This document shows, piece after piece, positions 37,538-47,421 of a stretch of 64,000 nt of DNA (position 1 is the first letter of the stretch; every line of letters starts with the position of its first letter). The stretch comes from Gemmatimonas sp. Lineage in GTDB: Bacteria; Gemmatimonadota; Gemmatimonadetes; Gemmatimonadales; Gemmatimonadaceae. The notes below the pieces were generated by a model that ran no database searches, was not told the DNA's origin, and worked only from the letters and a program-made list of their open reading frames with translations. Made by a program: the position numbers and the translations under genes. The DNA is taken from NCBI GenBank assembly GCA_965279375.1, contig OZ257156.1, positions 1,504,001 to 1,568,000 of the forward strand, read 5' to 3'.

Positions 37538-39832
37538 ATGCATTCTTCCGCTCGCACGAACTCCGCGCTGCTGTGCGCACTGTTGACCGCGGCCGTCGCC
37601 GCTCCGCTGCAGGCGCAAACGATCCCGGTCGCAACGGCCGACAGCGCGCGCACTGTGCCTCATCGTGCGTTGCAAGAGCTCCTCGACGATGCGAGTCGGC
37701 GCAACGTGCTTCCGAGCTCGCTGATTTCGTACAAGTCGCAGGTGCAGACGGAGATTGCCGTGCTGCTGCGCCGCGAAGAGGGCACTGAGGCGGTGACGTT
37801 GGTGGAGCAGGTGGCCAGCGCACTCCGATGGACGCGGAGCGGCTACTACGATCAGCATGTGGTGGGCTATCGTGCACAACAGACGGGCGGCACGTTCTCG
37901 ATGCTGTCGGTCTTTCAGACGGGTTGGCTGCAGCCGGCGCTCTATGGCAATCGACTGCGCGTGACGCGGCGAACATCACCCGCGAGAACGGCCCGCGAAT
38001 CCGCGCGCGATGCGATGCGTTCGGCGTCGAGCGGTGGTTCGCAGAGCAGTCCGCAGGCCGTGTCGACTCGCGCCGACGGCGCGGACACGTTGCCCGCCGT
38101 GCATCCGCTGGCAACTGATCGCGCCACGTACTACCGCTACACTGGCGGCGATACGGTGGTCACCATGCAGGTCGGCGACCGACGCATTCCGATCGTGCAC
38201 GTGCGCGTGCAGCCGCGAGAGGATGTACGCAACCGCGTGCTGTTGTTCGATGGTGAGCTCGATCTCGATGCATCGCGCGGCGCGTTGGTGCGCATGCGCG
38301 GCAACTTCGTGCGGTTGAATGGTCCTCGCGGTCCGTTGGGGGGCAATCTCGTGGAAGCCGTCGCGTTCATCGAATACGAGAACGCCGAGCGACTCGGTGA
38401 ATACTGGCTCCCCGCCAAGCAACGCATCGAGCTGCAGGTCTCTTCACCCGTACTTGGTGATCAGCGCGCGGTGATTCGCATCGTGTCGCGCTTTGCACAG
38501 ATGGACGTGAATGACACGACGCTGAGTGCGGCGACATTGGCCACAGCTGACTCGACACGCTATGTCGGACGACGCAAGCTCAGCTTCGCCGCAGACGATT
38601 CGCTCAATCGCTTTGGCGACTGGCGCGGTGGCATCGGCGATCTGACGCAGGGCATGCACGCCGACGATTTCAACGACGTCGGACCGGATCGTTGGCGCAC
38701 CACGGGTGCACCGCGGCTCGACTACACTCTGCCGCGCGCCTCGGATGGCTTCCACTTCAATCGCGTGGAAGGCGTGTACACAGGCTTTGGAGTGAAAGCG
38801 TCGTTGCGCGATCTCGCGCCCGGCGTAGTGGTACGCGCGAACGCGGGTTGGGCGTGGGCCGAAGGCACAGCACGTGGTCGCCTGTCGGTGGAGCGTACGC
38901 GTGGTCCATGGACGATCGAAGCTCGGGGCGGCCGCTCGCTGGACAATACGAACGATTTCCGTGTCCCGTTCGACTCTGGTAGTACGTTCGGTGCGCTCTT
39001 CGGTTCGCAGGATCCGTACGACTACGTGGACCGCTCGAGCGCAACGCTGGCCGCGGTGCGCCGCATCGGCGCACGCAAGATGCTGGTACGCGCCGAGGCT
39101 GGCCTAGCCGACGATCGCTATCGTGCGTCGCAGTATGTGCGAGGTCCATTTGGTGGCGCGGCGTATCGCCCCAATCGCGGTATCGATGCTGGCAGTTATG
39201 TGCGTACCGCCGCCACCGTCGAGTGGCATCCGGACATCAGCGCTGAGTTCGTGCGGCCTGGATTGGGTGCGCGTCTGTACTACGAGCGTGGCGATGGAAC
39301 GCTGGCGTTTCAGCGCATCGAAGCGCGCATCGTCGGTCGTCGTCCGATCGGGCCGTTTGTCGCGGTCGCGCGAGGTGACGTAGGCACGGTGCTCGGTGAT
39401 CGCATTCCGGCGCAGCAACTCTTCGAACTCGGCAACCAACAGAATCTGCCCGGCTACGAAGACAAGGAGTTTGCCGGCACGCGTGCCGCGGTGTTGCGTG
39501 GTCAGTTGATGTACAACACCAAGTATCTGCAGCAGCCAATTCGACTCGGGCGCTTCTTCCTGCCGGCAGTTGCACCGAGTCTGAGCGTTGGTCTGCAGGG
39601 CGGTTGGACGGAGCTGCCAAACGCAGCGGCGCGGGCGGCCGCGCTTCGGCTCGGCGTGCAGCGTGATTCAGCCGGCGTGTTGCGCCCCGTCTCGCGCGCC
39701 ACGGACGGTGGACGCGCGAGTGTGTCTGCTGGCATGCGCTTCTTTGGCAGCGCGCTCTTTGTTGGAGCGACGCGCCCCGTGGATCATCCGGCCAAGTGGA
39801 AGGCGCAGGTGACGTTCGGTCAGCCCTGGTAA
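37538..39832 (+). CDS. Putative outer-membrane beta-barrel protein (DUF5686-like)
   Basis: Signal peptide (PLQAQ), FNRVEGVYTG, amphipathic beta-strands and an aromatic C-terminus (QVTFGQPW). Confidence 0.6.
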   Translation: MHSSARTNSALLCALLTAAVAAPLQAQTIPVATADSARTVPHRALQELLDDASRRNVLPSSLISYKSQVQTEIAVLLRREEGTEAVTLVEQVASALRWTRSGYYDQHVVGYRAQQTGGTFSMLSVFQTGWLQPALYGNRLRVTRRTSPARTARESARDAMRSASSGGSQSSPQAVSTRADGADTLPAVHPLATDRATYYRYTGGDTVVTMQVGDRRIPIVHVRVQPREDVRNRVLLFDGELDLDASRGALVRMRGNFVRLNGPRGPLGGNLVEAVAFIEYENAERLGEYWLPAKQRIELQVSSPVLGDQRAVIRIVSRFAQMDVNDTTLSAATLATADSTRYVGRRKLSFAADDSLNRFGDWRGGIGDLTQGMHADDFNDVGPDRWRTTGAPRLDYTLPRASDGFHFNRVEGVYTGFGVKASLRDLAPGVVVRANAGWAWAEGTARGRLSVERTRGPWTIEARGGRSLDNTNDFRVPFDSGSTFGALFGSQDPYDYVDRSSATLAAVRRIGARKMLVRAEAGLADDRYRASQYVRGPFGGAAYRPNRGIDAGSYVRTAATVEWHPDISAEFVRPGLGARLYYERGDGTLAFQRIEARIVGRRPIGPFVAVARGDVGTVLGDRIPAQQLFELGNQQNLPGYEDKEFAGTRAAVLRGQLMYNTKYLQQPIRLGRFFLPAVAPSLSVGLQGGWTELPNAAARAAALRLGVQRDSAGVLRPVSRATDGGRASVSAGMRFFGSALFVGATRPVDHPAKWKAQVTFGQPW

Positions 39833-42096
39833 ACGCGGACGCGCGTGCGAGAGCGGATATCGGCAGATGACGCGCCGAACTCGAACTCCACCGTGTCCGC
39901 CTCCAGCGACCAGGCGTGTGTCTCGCTGTTCCAGTACCGCAGCAACGACGCAGGCACCACGAAGCGCACGACACGCTGCTGACCCGGCTCGAGTGTGATG
40001 CGACGGAAGCCGCGCAGATCCTTGATCGAGCGCGTGACCTTGGACCCCACATGACGTGCGTAGAGCTGCACCACTTCATCACCGCGCCGCGTGCCCGTGT
40101 TCTTCACGGTGACGCTGACGGTCACACTATCGCTGCGGCGCAGCGACGTGCGATTGACCGTCGGCGAGGCGTATGAGAACGATGTGTAGCTGAGTCCATG
40201 GCCGAACGGATAGAGCGGCGTACCGCGAAAGAATCGATACGTGCGTCCTTCCATGTCGTAATTGTCGAACGCGGGAATGTCATTGACGCTCTTGTAGAAC
40301 GTCACCGGTAGGCGACCTGCCGGATTGTACGTGCCGAAGAGCACGTCCGCGATGGCGGTGCCGCCAGCCTGCCCCGGATACCACGCATCGACGATCGCCG
40401 GCACGTGATCCTGCGCCCAGTTGACCGCCAGCGCACTGCCGTTGAGCAGCACGAGCACCGTCGGCTTGCCCAACGCCGCCACCTTCTCGAGCAGATGCTG
40501 CTGCGCGGGCGGGAGGTCGATCGTGGTGCGATCACCGCCGCGAAATCCATCGATCTGCACCGGCATCTCTTCGCCTTCGAGACGCGGCGTCAAGCCGAGG
40601 AACAGCACGACTGCATCCGCGGCCTGCGCCACGCGCACCGCTTCGGCTTCGAGTGAATCGGCCGATGCGGTCGGCGCCACCGGCGTGCCATTCCTTCTCG
40701 CGAGCTGCGCGGTGGAATCGAACGGCGGGAATCCCTGCGCCAGATCGGAGCCGCGCGCGTGCAGCACGCGCGTGGTGCTGCCCACGGCGGCGCGAATGCC
40801 CTGCAGTGGCGTGACCGGATGCGAGGGCTCGCCGTTGTAGTTACCAAGTAGCATCCGTGGCTCGTCCGCGTTGGGGCCGATGACGGCAATGGTGCCCAGC
40901 GTCTTTCGCAGCGGAAGCACGTTGCCGCTGTTCTTGAGCAGCACGATCGATTCGCGCGCTGCCTGCAGCGCGAGCTCCTGATGCGGCTTCGAGTCGAGGA
41001 TGCTGAATGGGGTGCTGCTCCACTTCACGCGCGACGGTGCATCGAACATGCCCAGCTTCATGCGCGCGAGGAACAGCCGCGTGAGCGATGTGTCGATGGT
41101 CGCTTCGCTGATGAGCCCCTGCGCCACCGACTGCACGAGATTCGGATACACGCGACCGCAGTCGAGATCAGTGCCGCTCTTGACCGCGCTCGCCGCGGCC
41201 GCCGCCGCGGTCGGTTCGGTCTTGTGGCGCAGATAAATGTCATCGATCGCGCCGCAGTCCGATACGATGTAGCCGTTGAACTTCCACTCGCTGCGAAGGA
41301 TGTCGCGGAGCATCGGATCGCTGGCGCAGGCCGCCTTGCCGTCGATGCGATTGTAGGCGCACATGAGCGAGTACGCGCGCGCCTCACGAATGCCCATCTC
41401 GAAGTGCGGCAGATAGGTCTCGCGCATGTCACGCTCGCTCACACGCGCATCGAACGCATGACGTTCGGGCTCAGGGCCGCTGTGAACTGCAAAGTGTTTG
41501 ACGGTCGCGATCGTCTTGAAGTACTTCGGATCGTTGCCCTGCAAGCCGCGGATGAACTGCACGCCGAGTCGACCGGTGAGATACGGATCTTCACCGTACG
41601 TCTCCTGCCCGCGCCCCCAGCGTGGATCGCGGAAGATGTTGATGTTGGGTGACCAGAACGTCAGTCCCTGATAGCGCGCGTGGGAGTTGTTGCGAATGTA
41701 CTCGTGATACTTGGCGCGTCCTTCGTCGGAGATCACCGTCGCGACGCGAAACATCAGTGCCTCGTCCCACGTGGCGGCCATGCCGATCGCCTGCGGAAAC
41801 ACCGTGGCCAGCCCCGAGCGCGCGACACCGTGCAACGCTTCGTTCCACCAGTTGTAGGCGGGGATGCCAAGGCGCTCGATGGCCGGTGCGACATCCTTCA
41901 TCTGCAGCACCTTCTCCTCGAGCGTCAGTCGACCCACGATATCGCGCGCCCGTGCTTCGAATGACAGCGACTCATCACGCCACGGCTCGCGCGCCGTTGC
42001 CTGCGCGTTCGCGGAGGCGCGGGGGATGAGCAACGCACCGCTCAGCAGACCGACAGCGACGACGACTCGCGCCGCACCACGCTCGAGGTATTGCAT
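39820..42096 (-). CDS. GH3 beta-xylosidase/beta-glucosidase, exported, with an Fn3-like C-terminus
   Basis: WWNEALHG, RDPRWGRGQETYGEDP, KHFAVHSGPE, YIVSDCGAI, LEGEEM and DEVVQLY. Confidence 0.93.
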   Translation of the reverse strand: MQYLERGAARVVVAVGLLSGALLIPRASANAQATAREPWRDESLSFEARARDIVGRLTLEEKVLQMKDVAPAIERLGIPAYNWWNEALHGVARSGLATVFPQAIGMAATWDEALMFRVATVISDEGRAKYHEYIRNNSHARYQGLTFWSPNINIFRDPRWGRGQETYGEDPYLTGRLGVQFIRGLQGNDPKYFKTIATVKHFAVHSGPEPERHAFDARVSERDMRETYLPHFEMGIREARAYSLMCAYNRIDGKAACASDPMLRDILRSEWKFNGYIVSDCGAIDDIYLRHKTEPTAAAAAASAVKSGTDLDCGRVYPNLVQSVAQGLISEATIDTSLTRLFLARMKLGMFDAPSRVKWSSTPFSILDSKPHQELALQAARESIVLLKNSGNVLPLRKTLGTIAVIGPNADEPRMLLGNYNGEPSHPVTPLQGIRAAVGSTTRVLHARGSDLAQGFPPFDSTAQLARRNGTPVAPTASADSLEAEAVRVAQAADAVVLFLGLTPRLEGEEMPVQIDGFRGGDRTTIDLPPAQQHLLEKVAALGKPTVLVLLNGSALAVNWAQDHVPAIVDAWYPGQAGGTAIADVLFGTYNPAGRLPVTFYKSVNDIPAFDNYDMEGRTYRFFRGTPLYPFGHGLSYTSFSYASPTVNRTSLRRSDSVTVSVTVKNTGTRRGDEVVQLYARHVGSKVTRSIKDLRGFRRITLEPGQQRVVRFVVPASLLRYWNSETHAWSLEADTVEFEFGASSADIRSRTRVRVYQG

Positions 42097-43169
42097 CACT
42101 CCCCCACGGATTGAAGACAGGCACGCATGTACCCCAGTGCAAACGCCATCCCTGCGTGCCACGGTGCGGCGCAGGTCATCTCCGGCGTGTGATCTGGAAT
42201 GAGAACGCCGTCGTAGTGCGCACTCTTCAGGATCCGCACGATGCGCAGCATGTCGAGATCGCCTTCGTCGACGAACACTTCCTGATAGTGCGGCACTTTG
42301 CCTCGTACGTTGCGAAAGTGCACGTAGCCGATGCGTCCCGCGCGTGCGTAGCGATCCACGGCCGCATACACATCACCCTCGGGCATCTCCTGCAGCGAGC
42401 CCAGACAGCACTCCAGCGCGCTCGCACTGCTCGGCACGAGATCGATCATGCGCTGATATTTGTCCGGATGATTCACCAGTCGCGCGGCGCCACGCAGCGC
42501 GGTCGTTGGCGGATCGTCGGGGTGCAGTGCCATGCGCACGCCGCATTCCTCGGCGACTGGAAGGATCTGCGACAGGAACCACGCGTAGCGCTCCCACAAC
42601 TCCGACTCGGAGATCGGCGCGACGAAGCCCGGCGGTGCATCGGGATCGTAGACCATGTTCCACACCATGCCGTTGCGCATCGGCAGCTGCGGATCGATCT
42701 GCGATTCATCGTACACGAGTGCACGCGCACCGCCACGTCCAAGTGGGCCTTTGGTCCAGCCCCACACGCCGGCGATGCTGAAGTTGTAGCCCATGATCGG
42801 AATGCCCGCCTTGCCGACCGCCTGAATGGTGCGCTTGAGTGCTTCCATCTGCGTCGCCTTGTTCGGTCCATCCAGCAACACGTCATACCAGTGCGACGGA
42901 TCGAAATTCTCGATCGCTTCCCACACGAGGCCAGCGTCCTCGATCTGTCGCTTAATCGAGATCATCTCATCGTACGTCCACGGCTTGTCCTGATTGCGCG
43001 TCACGCCCCATCCAAGCGATGGCGGGCCCGAATCGAGAACGGGTGACGCGCCGGCGAAGTAGTCCACGAGATGCACGACGAGATGCGTCGCGCCCGCTTG
43101 CTTGGCGAACGCGAGATTGTCCGGCGTGAGCAGACTGCGATAGAGGCCGAGTCCCAGCTTCATTGCCAT
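42096..43169 (-). CDS. uxuA: Mannonate dehydratase family protein
   Basis: AIEN, YNFS, PVAEECGVRMALHPDDPP, HFRNVRG, EGDLDM, PDHTP and ALGYMRA. TGATG coupling to the GH3 gene. Confidence 0.85.
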   Translation of the reverse strand: MAMKLGLGLYRSLLTPDNLAFAKQAGATHLVVHLVDYFAGASPVLDSGPPSLGWGVTRNQDKPWTYDEMISIKRQIEDAGLVWEAIENFDPSHWYDVLLDGPNKATQMEALKRTIQAVGKAGIPIMGYNFSIAGVWGWTKGPLGRGGARALVYDESQIDPQLPMRNGMVWNMVYDPDAPPGFVAPISESELWERYAWFLSQILPVAEECGVRMALHPDDPPTTALRGAARLVNHPDKYQRMIDLVPSSASALECCLGSLQEMPEGDVYAAVDRYARAGRIGYVHFRNVRGKVPHYQEVFVDEGDLDMLRIVRILKSAHYDGVLIPDHTPEMTCAAPWHAGMAFALGYMRACLQSVGE

Positions 43170-43221
43170 GTGGAGAGGTACCGGATCGCGCGAAGGGTGA
43201 AAGCAGCTTGTTGGGGAGGCA

Positions 43222-45897
43222 CTACCAGCGGTCCGTGCGGAACGGTGCGGCGGGCAGTCCGGTTCTGTCGAAGAGCGATGCACGATTCGGGCTGTCCGAC
43301 CAGGCGTAGCGCACCGCGATGGGGGAGCGCACCTTGTCGCTCCACACCAGTAGATGCGACCCACGTACGCGCGACTTCGCCCAGACGAACTGCCGGTCAG
43401 CGCCGGCGATGGCGATACTCGACGTGCTGTCAGCGTCTGCGCGCTTCACGAGCGGGCCGCCCGTCACGACGAACTCGAGATCGACCGTATCGCCGCGCAC
43501 CGTGGAGCGTCGCAGCGTTGGCCCCGCATCGTGCACAACGCGACCGTACGCGACACGCTCCGCGACCAGCGCGAGACGCTGACCAACGTCGCGCTTGTTG
43601 CGTGGGTGAATGTCGCCCGCCTCACCAACGTCGATGGCGATCGCACGACCGGTCTTGGGCAGCGTCAACGCCGCCTCCATCGATTCACGCTGGGTCGCCC
43701 AGCCGCTGCTCGGCTGTGGCGTGCTCCATGGTTTGCCGTAGTTGGGGAGCTGCACCCACAGGAATGGCAGCGTGTCCGCGGACGGGCTCCACTGTTGGCG
43801 CCAGCTATTGATCAACAGCCCGAACTGGTCACGATATGCCGCTGCCTGCGCCACGTTGTTCGCGTTCGATTCGCCCTGATACCAGATGAAACCCTTCACC
43901 GGAAAACGCAGGATCGGGTGCACCATGCGGTTGTACAACACGCTCGGCACCTTGTTGATCACCTGACCGTCTTCGGCGAAGGAGAGCTGCTCGACCGAGA
44001 ACTTCCAGCTGCCGGCGAGTGATGTGCTCGATCCGTTGGCGAGGCGCAGTGCGATGTTGCCGTTGATGCCACCGCCGCCTCCGCCATCACTCACGCGAAT
44101 CGCCAGCACGTTGCGGCCCGAGCGCAGCGCAGCGGGTGCGATGCGATAGCTGCGCTCGACGTTGTAGCCAACCGTGCGACCGATCTCTGTGTCGTTCACC
44201 CACGCGACATCATCGTCGTCGATGGCAGAGATCTGGAGTGTTACGCCCGCTGCGGCATCGGCGGCCGAGAGTTCGAAGCTGGTGCGATACCACGCCACAC
44301 CGTCCATGCCATCGTAGCCGTTGGGTTCCCAATAGGCGGGCACCGGCATCGTGCGCCATGCCGAGTCGTCGAACGATGCGGACGACCAGCTGGACATCAG
44401 GGCGGCGCGCGGTGCCGTCGGAAGCGTGCCCACGCGTTCACGCAACGTCGCGCGCGTCTGCTCAGCGCGACGCGCGTTCGCCTGAAGCTCGGCACTCCAC
44501 GCGCTGTCGGAGATCCCCTGCGCCGGCCGACTGATCCACGTCTCGATATTGCTGCCGCCCCACGTGGTGTTGATGATCCCGATGGGAATCTTCTCGCGCT
44601 CACGCAGCGCCTTGGCGAAGTAGTAGCCGACCGCGGAGAACGCGCCTGCGTGCGCTGGATCAGCGGCCGACCATGCCCCGCCGGCCAACTCTGCAGCCGG
44701 TTCGTTCGACCACGACGTGGGAATCTTGAAGTGGCGAAGCAGGGGATCGTTCGCGCTGGCGATCGCACTCTTCGCGTCGAGTGACTGCTGGAGCATGAAC
44801 TCCATGTTGGACTGCCCGGACGCCACCCACACGTCGCCGATGGCCACGTTGGTGAATGTCAATCGCTCCGTGCCGCTGGCGATGGACAGCGTATGCGATG
44901 TTCCCGCCGCACGAGCGGGCAGCGAGACACTCCACTCGCCGCCGGGTGCAGCGGTCGTCGAGGTTTGTTGCGCATCGAGCGCGACGGTGATCGCTGCATT
45001 GGGTTTGGCCCAACCCCACACTACGATCGGCTTGTTGCGCTGCAGCACCATGCCGTTCGCGAAGAGCGGCGGAACGCGGAGTGCGGACGCTTGCGCAGTA
45101 GCGGAGGTGGGTGGCTTCGCACTGGGATCGCCGGTCGGCGGAGGCGCCTGATCCGTTGCGGCCGGCGGACCGAGTAGTTCAGTGAGCAGCGGCTTCAGGG
45201 CGTCTGCCCAGAGCTGATATCCTTTGACGGTTGGGTGCAACTTGTCCACCATCATGCCGTCGAACAGCACGCCATCCGCGTTGGCCAGCTTTTCGTTGAT
45301 GTTGATGTAGCGAATGGAGCTGCCATTGGCGAACCGCGCGAGATTGGCATTGATGCGATTGATCTCCGGCACCACCGCAATGTTGTCGTTGCGTGGGAAG
45401 ATGCCGGTGAGAATGATCGTCGCCTTCGGTGCCTTTGCTCGGCAGAGATCGATCAGCGCCTTGAGCCCGCGCGTGATGTCAGCGACCTTCGCGTCGTCGC
45501 CCACCGTGGTGCCCACGTTGTTGGTGCCAGCGAGCAACACGATCACCTTGGGGTTCACGCCATCGAGCTCACCGTTCTCTATGCGCCACAAAATGTGCTC
45601 GATTCTGTCCGCGCCCCAGCCAAAGTCGGCCGCATTCCACCCAAAGAAGTTCGACTTCCAGTTGGCCAGAAACTCCGGATAGTCCGTCGCGCCCCAACGG
45701 CGCGTGATGGAGTTGCCGAGGAAGTACAGATCGATCTTTCCCTTGGTGCGCTTCTCGAGCAGTTGCTCGTGCGCGAGCATGGAGTTGCGATCGGTGCGCG
45801 GTGTGGCGCGATCGGCGGGCCATTGCGCTGATACTGGCCGCGTAGCGACCGCGGAAAGCATCAGCGCCAGCAGCGCGCATCGAGCTCGAGTGGACAT
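43222..45897 (-). CDS. Double esterase: GDSL/SGNH domain fused to a sialate O-acetylesterase (SASA/CE20-like) domain
   Basis: N-terminal GNSIT, FGWGAD, AGTNN and DKLHP. Pro-rich linker. Then GQSNME, WGGS, WYQGESN and DIHP, with an inserted beta-sandwich (GVAWYRTSF). Confidence 0.85.
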   Translation of the reverse strand: MSTRARCALLALMLSAVATRPVSAQWPADRATPRTDRNSMLAHEQLLEKRTKGKIDLYFLGNSITRRWGATDYPEFLANWKSNFFGWNAADFGWGADRIEHILWRIENGELDGVNPKVIVLLAGTNNVGTTVGDDAKVADITRGLKALIDLCRAKAPKATIILTGIFPRNDNIAVVPEINRINANLARFANGSSIRYININEKLANADGVLFDGMMVDKLHPTVKGYQLWADALKPLLTELLGPPAATDQAPPPTGDPSAKPPTSATAQASALRVPPLFANGMVLQRNKPIVVWGWAKPNAAITVALDAQQTSTTAAPGGEWSVSLPARAAGTSHTLSIASGTERLTFTNVAIGDVWVASGQSNMEFMLQQSLDAKSAIASANDPLLRHFKIPTSWSNEPAAELAGGAWSAADPAHAGAFSAVGYYFAKALREREKIPIGIINTTWGGSNIETWISRPAQGISDSAWSAELQANARRAEQTRATLRERVGTLPTAPRAALMSSWSSASFDDSAWRTMPVPAYWEPNGYDGMDGVAWYRTSFELSAADAAAGVTLQISAIDDDDVAWVNDTEIGRTVGYNVERSYRIAPAALRSGRNVLAIRVSDGGGGGGINGNIALRLANGSSTSLAGSWKFSVEQLSFAEDGQVINKVPSVLYNRMVHPILRFPVKGFIWYQGESNANNVAQAAAYRDQFGLLINSWRQQWSPSADTLPFLWVQLPNYGKPWSTPQPSSGWATQRESMEAALTLPKTGRAIAIDVGEAGDIHPRNKRDVGQRLALVAERVAYGRVVHDAGPTLRRSTVRGDTVDLEFVVTGGPLVKRADADSTSSIAIAGADRQFVWAKSRVRGSHLLVWSDKVRSPIAVRYAWSDSPNRASLFDRTGLPAAPFRTDRW

Positions 45898-45917
45898 GTC
45901 GCGCTCAGGGAAGAAGG

Positions 45918-47420
45918 TCAGGCCATCTGCATGAGAGGACGCAGCGCACCGTAGGCGGCACGAAAGCGCGCGTATGCTGCGTCGTAGCGCTGATGCGCGC
46001 CATCGGCGGGTGCTTCGAACGGAGCGCGTGCGACCGTCGCGCGCGCCGCGGTTGCGACATCGGGGAACGCTCCGGCACCGACTGCAGCAAGCAGCGCCGC
46101 GCCGTACGCCGGACCTTCCTCGCGATTCACCGTGGTCACGGGCATGCCGTACACTTCGGCCTGCAGGCGCCGCAGCAACGGACTGCGCGCACCGCCACCG
46201 GTGAGCAGCAGCGACGCTGGCGACAGTCCGAGATCCTGCAGGATGGTCAAAGAATCACGCATCGCGAAGCAGACACCCTCGATCGCCGCGCGTGTCATGT
46301 GCGCACGCGAATGCGCGAGACTCAAGCCAAGGAACGCGCCGCGCGCGCTCGCATCGCGATGTGGCGTGCGCTCGCCCTGCAGGTACGGGAGAAAAGTCAC
46401 GCCATCTGCACCCGGTGCGATGGCCGCTGCCTCTGCATCGAGCTGAGCGTCTACGTTGGAAAAGCCGCGCAGCTCTGCGGCCAGCTGCTCGCGAAACCAC
46501 GCGAACGCTCCTCCCGCGGACAACACCACGCCCATCACATACCACACATTTGGCGCCACGTGACAGAAGGTGTGTGCGCGCAGCATCGGATCTACCACGG
46601 GTGACGATGTGGGCGCGAGCACCGTTCCTGATGTGCCCCAGCTTGCAACCGCGTCGCCTGGCGTAAGCACACCAACGCCTGCCGCGCCGCACGCGTTGTC
46701 CGCACCGCCACCGACGACGGGCGTGCCAATCGGTAGCCCTGTCGCGGCGGCCGCCGATACTGACACGCGACCCAGCACCTCCGCGGATCCACCAACGTCC
46801 GGCAACATCGTGCGCGGCACCTGCACGGCGTTCAGTAGTGAGTCACTCCACCGCATCGCGGATGGATCGAACATCAGCGTGCCCGATGCATCCGAGGGCT
46901 CCGATGCCATCACACCCGTGAGACGGAAGCGAATGAAGTCCTTGGCCAACAGCACCGTCGCCAGTCGAGCGTACGCTTTGGGTTCGTGGTTGCGTAGCCA
47001 CAGGATCTTGGGAAGCGTGAAGCCCTCGAGCGCAGGGTTACGCACCATGTCGCGCAGCGCCTGCTCACCGCCCGCCGCGTGCGTGATCTCCACGCATTCA
47101 GCCGTGGTGCGCCCGTCGCACCAGAGCAACGCCGGCCGAATCACCGACGCGCTTGCGTCGAGGAACACCGACGAATGCATCTGCCCGGAGATACCGATCG
47201 AGACGACCTGTGCATCAGGGCGCTGCGCGAGCAACGAGCGCACCGACAGCGTGGTGGCACTCCACCACGCCTCCGGATCCTGCTCCGCCCAACCCGGCTG
47301 CGGCGTGGAGAGCGTGAGTGGCGTCGTCGCCGATGCGTCCACCGTGCCATCCTCGCTGACGAGAATGGCCTTCACGCCGCTCGTGCCTACGTCGATGCCA
47401 AGAAATCGGGCGGTGCTCAC
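45918..47420 (-). CDS. xylB: Xylulokinase
   Basis: LGIDVGTSGVK, SGQMH, WCDGRT, GGADN, PYLQGERTPH and TGGG. Directly downstream of xylA. Confidence 0.93.
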   Translation of the reverse strand: MSTARFLGIDVGTSGVKAILVSEDGTVDASATTPLTLSTPQPGWAEQDPEAWWSATTLSVRSLLAQRPDAQVVSIGISGQMHSSVFLDASASVIRPALLWCDGRTTAECVEITHAAGGEQALRDMVRNPALEGFTLPKILWLRNHEPKAYARLATVLLAKDFIRFRLTGVMASEPSDASGTLMFDPSAMRWSDSLLNAVQVPRTMLPDVGGSAEVLGRVSVSAAAATGLPIGTPVVGGGADNACGAAGVGVLTPGDAVASWGTSGTVLAPTSSPVVDPMLRAHTFCHVAPNVWYVMGVVLSAGGAFAWFREQLAAELRGFSNVDAQLDAEAAAIAPGADGVTFLPYLQGERTPHRDASARGAFLGLSLAHSRAHMTRAAIEGVCFAMRDSLTILQDLGLSPASLLLTGGGARSPLLRRLQAEVYGMPVTTVNREEGPAYGAALLAAVGAGAFPDVATAARATVARAPFEAPADGAHQRYDAAYARFRAAYGALRPLMQMA

Positions 47421-47421
47421 G

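Noticed and set aside
46063..46073. GGGAACGCTCC in xylB as a further LacI operator
   Set aside because: Imperfect core, GC-rich flanks and ordinary codons make a chance match likely.
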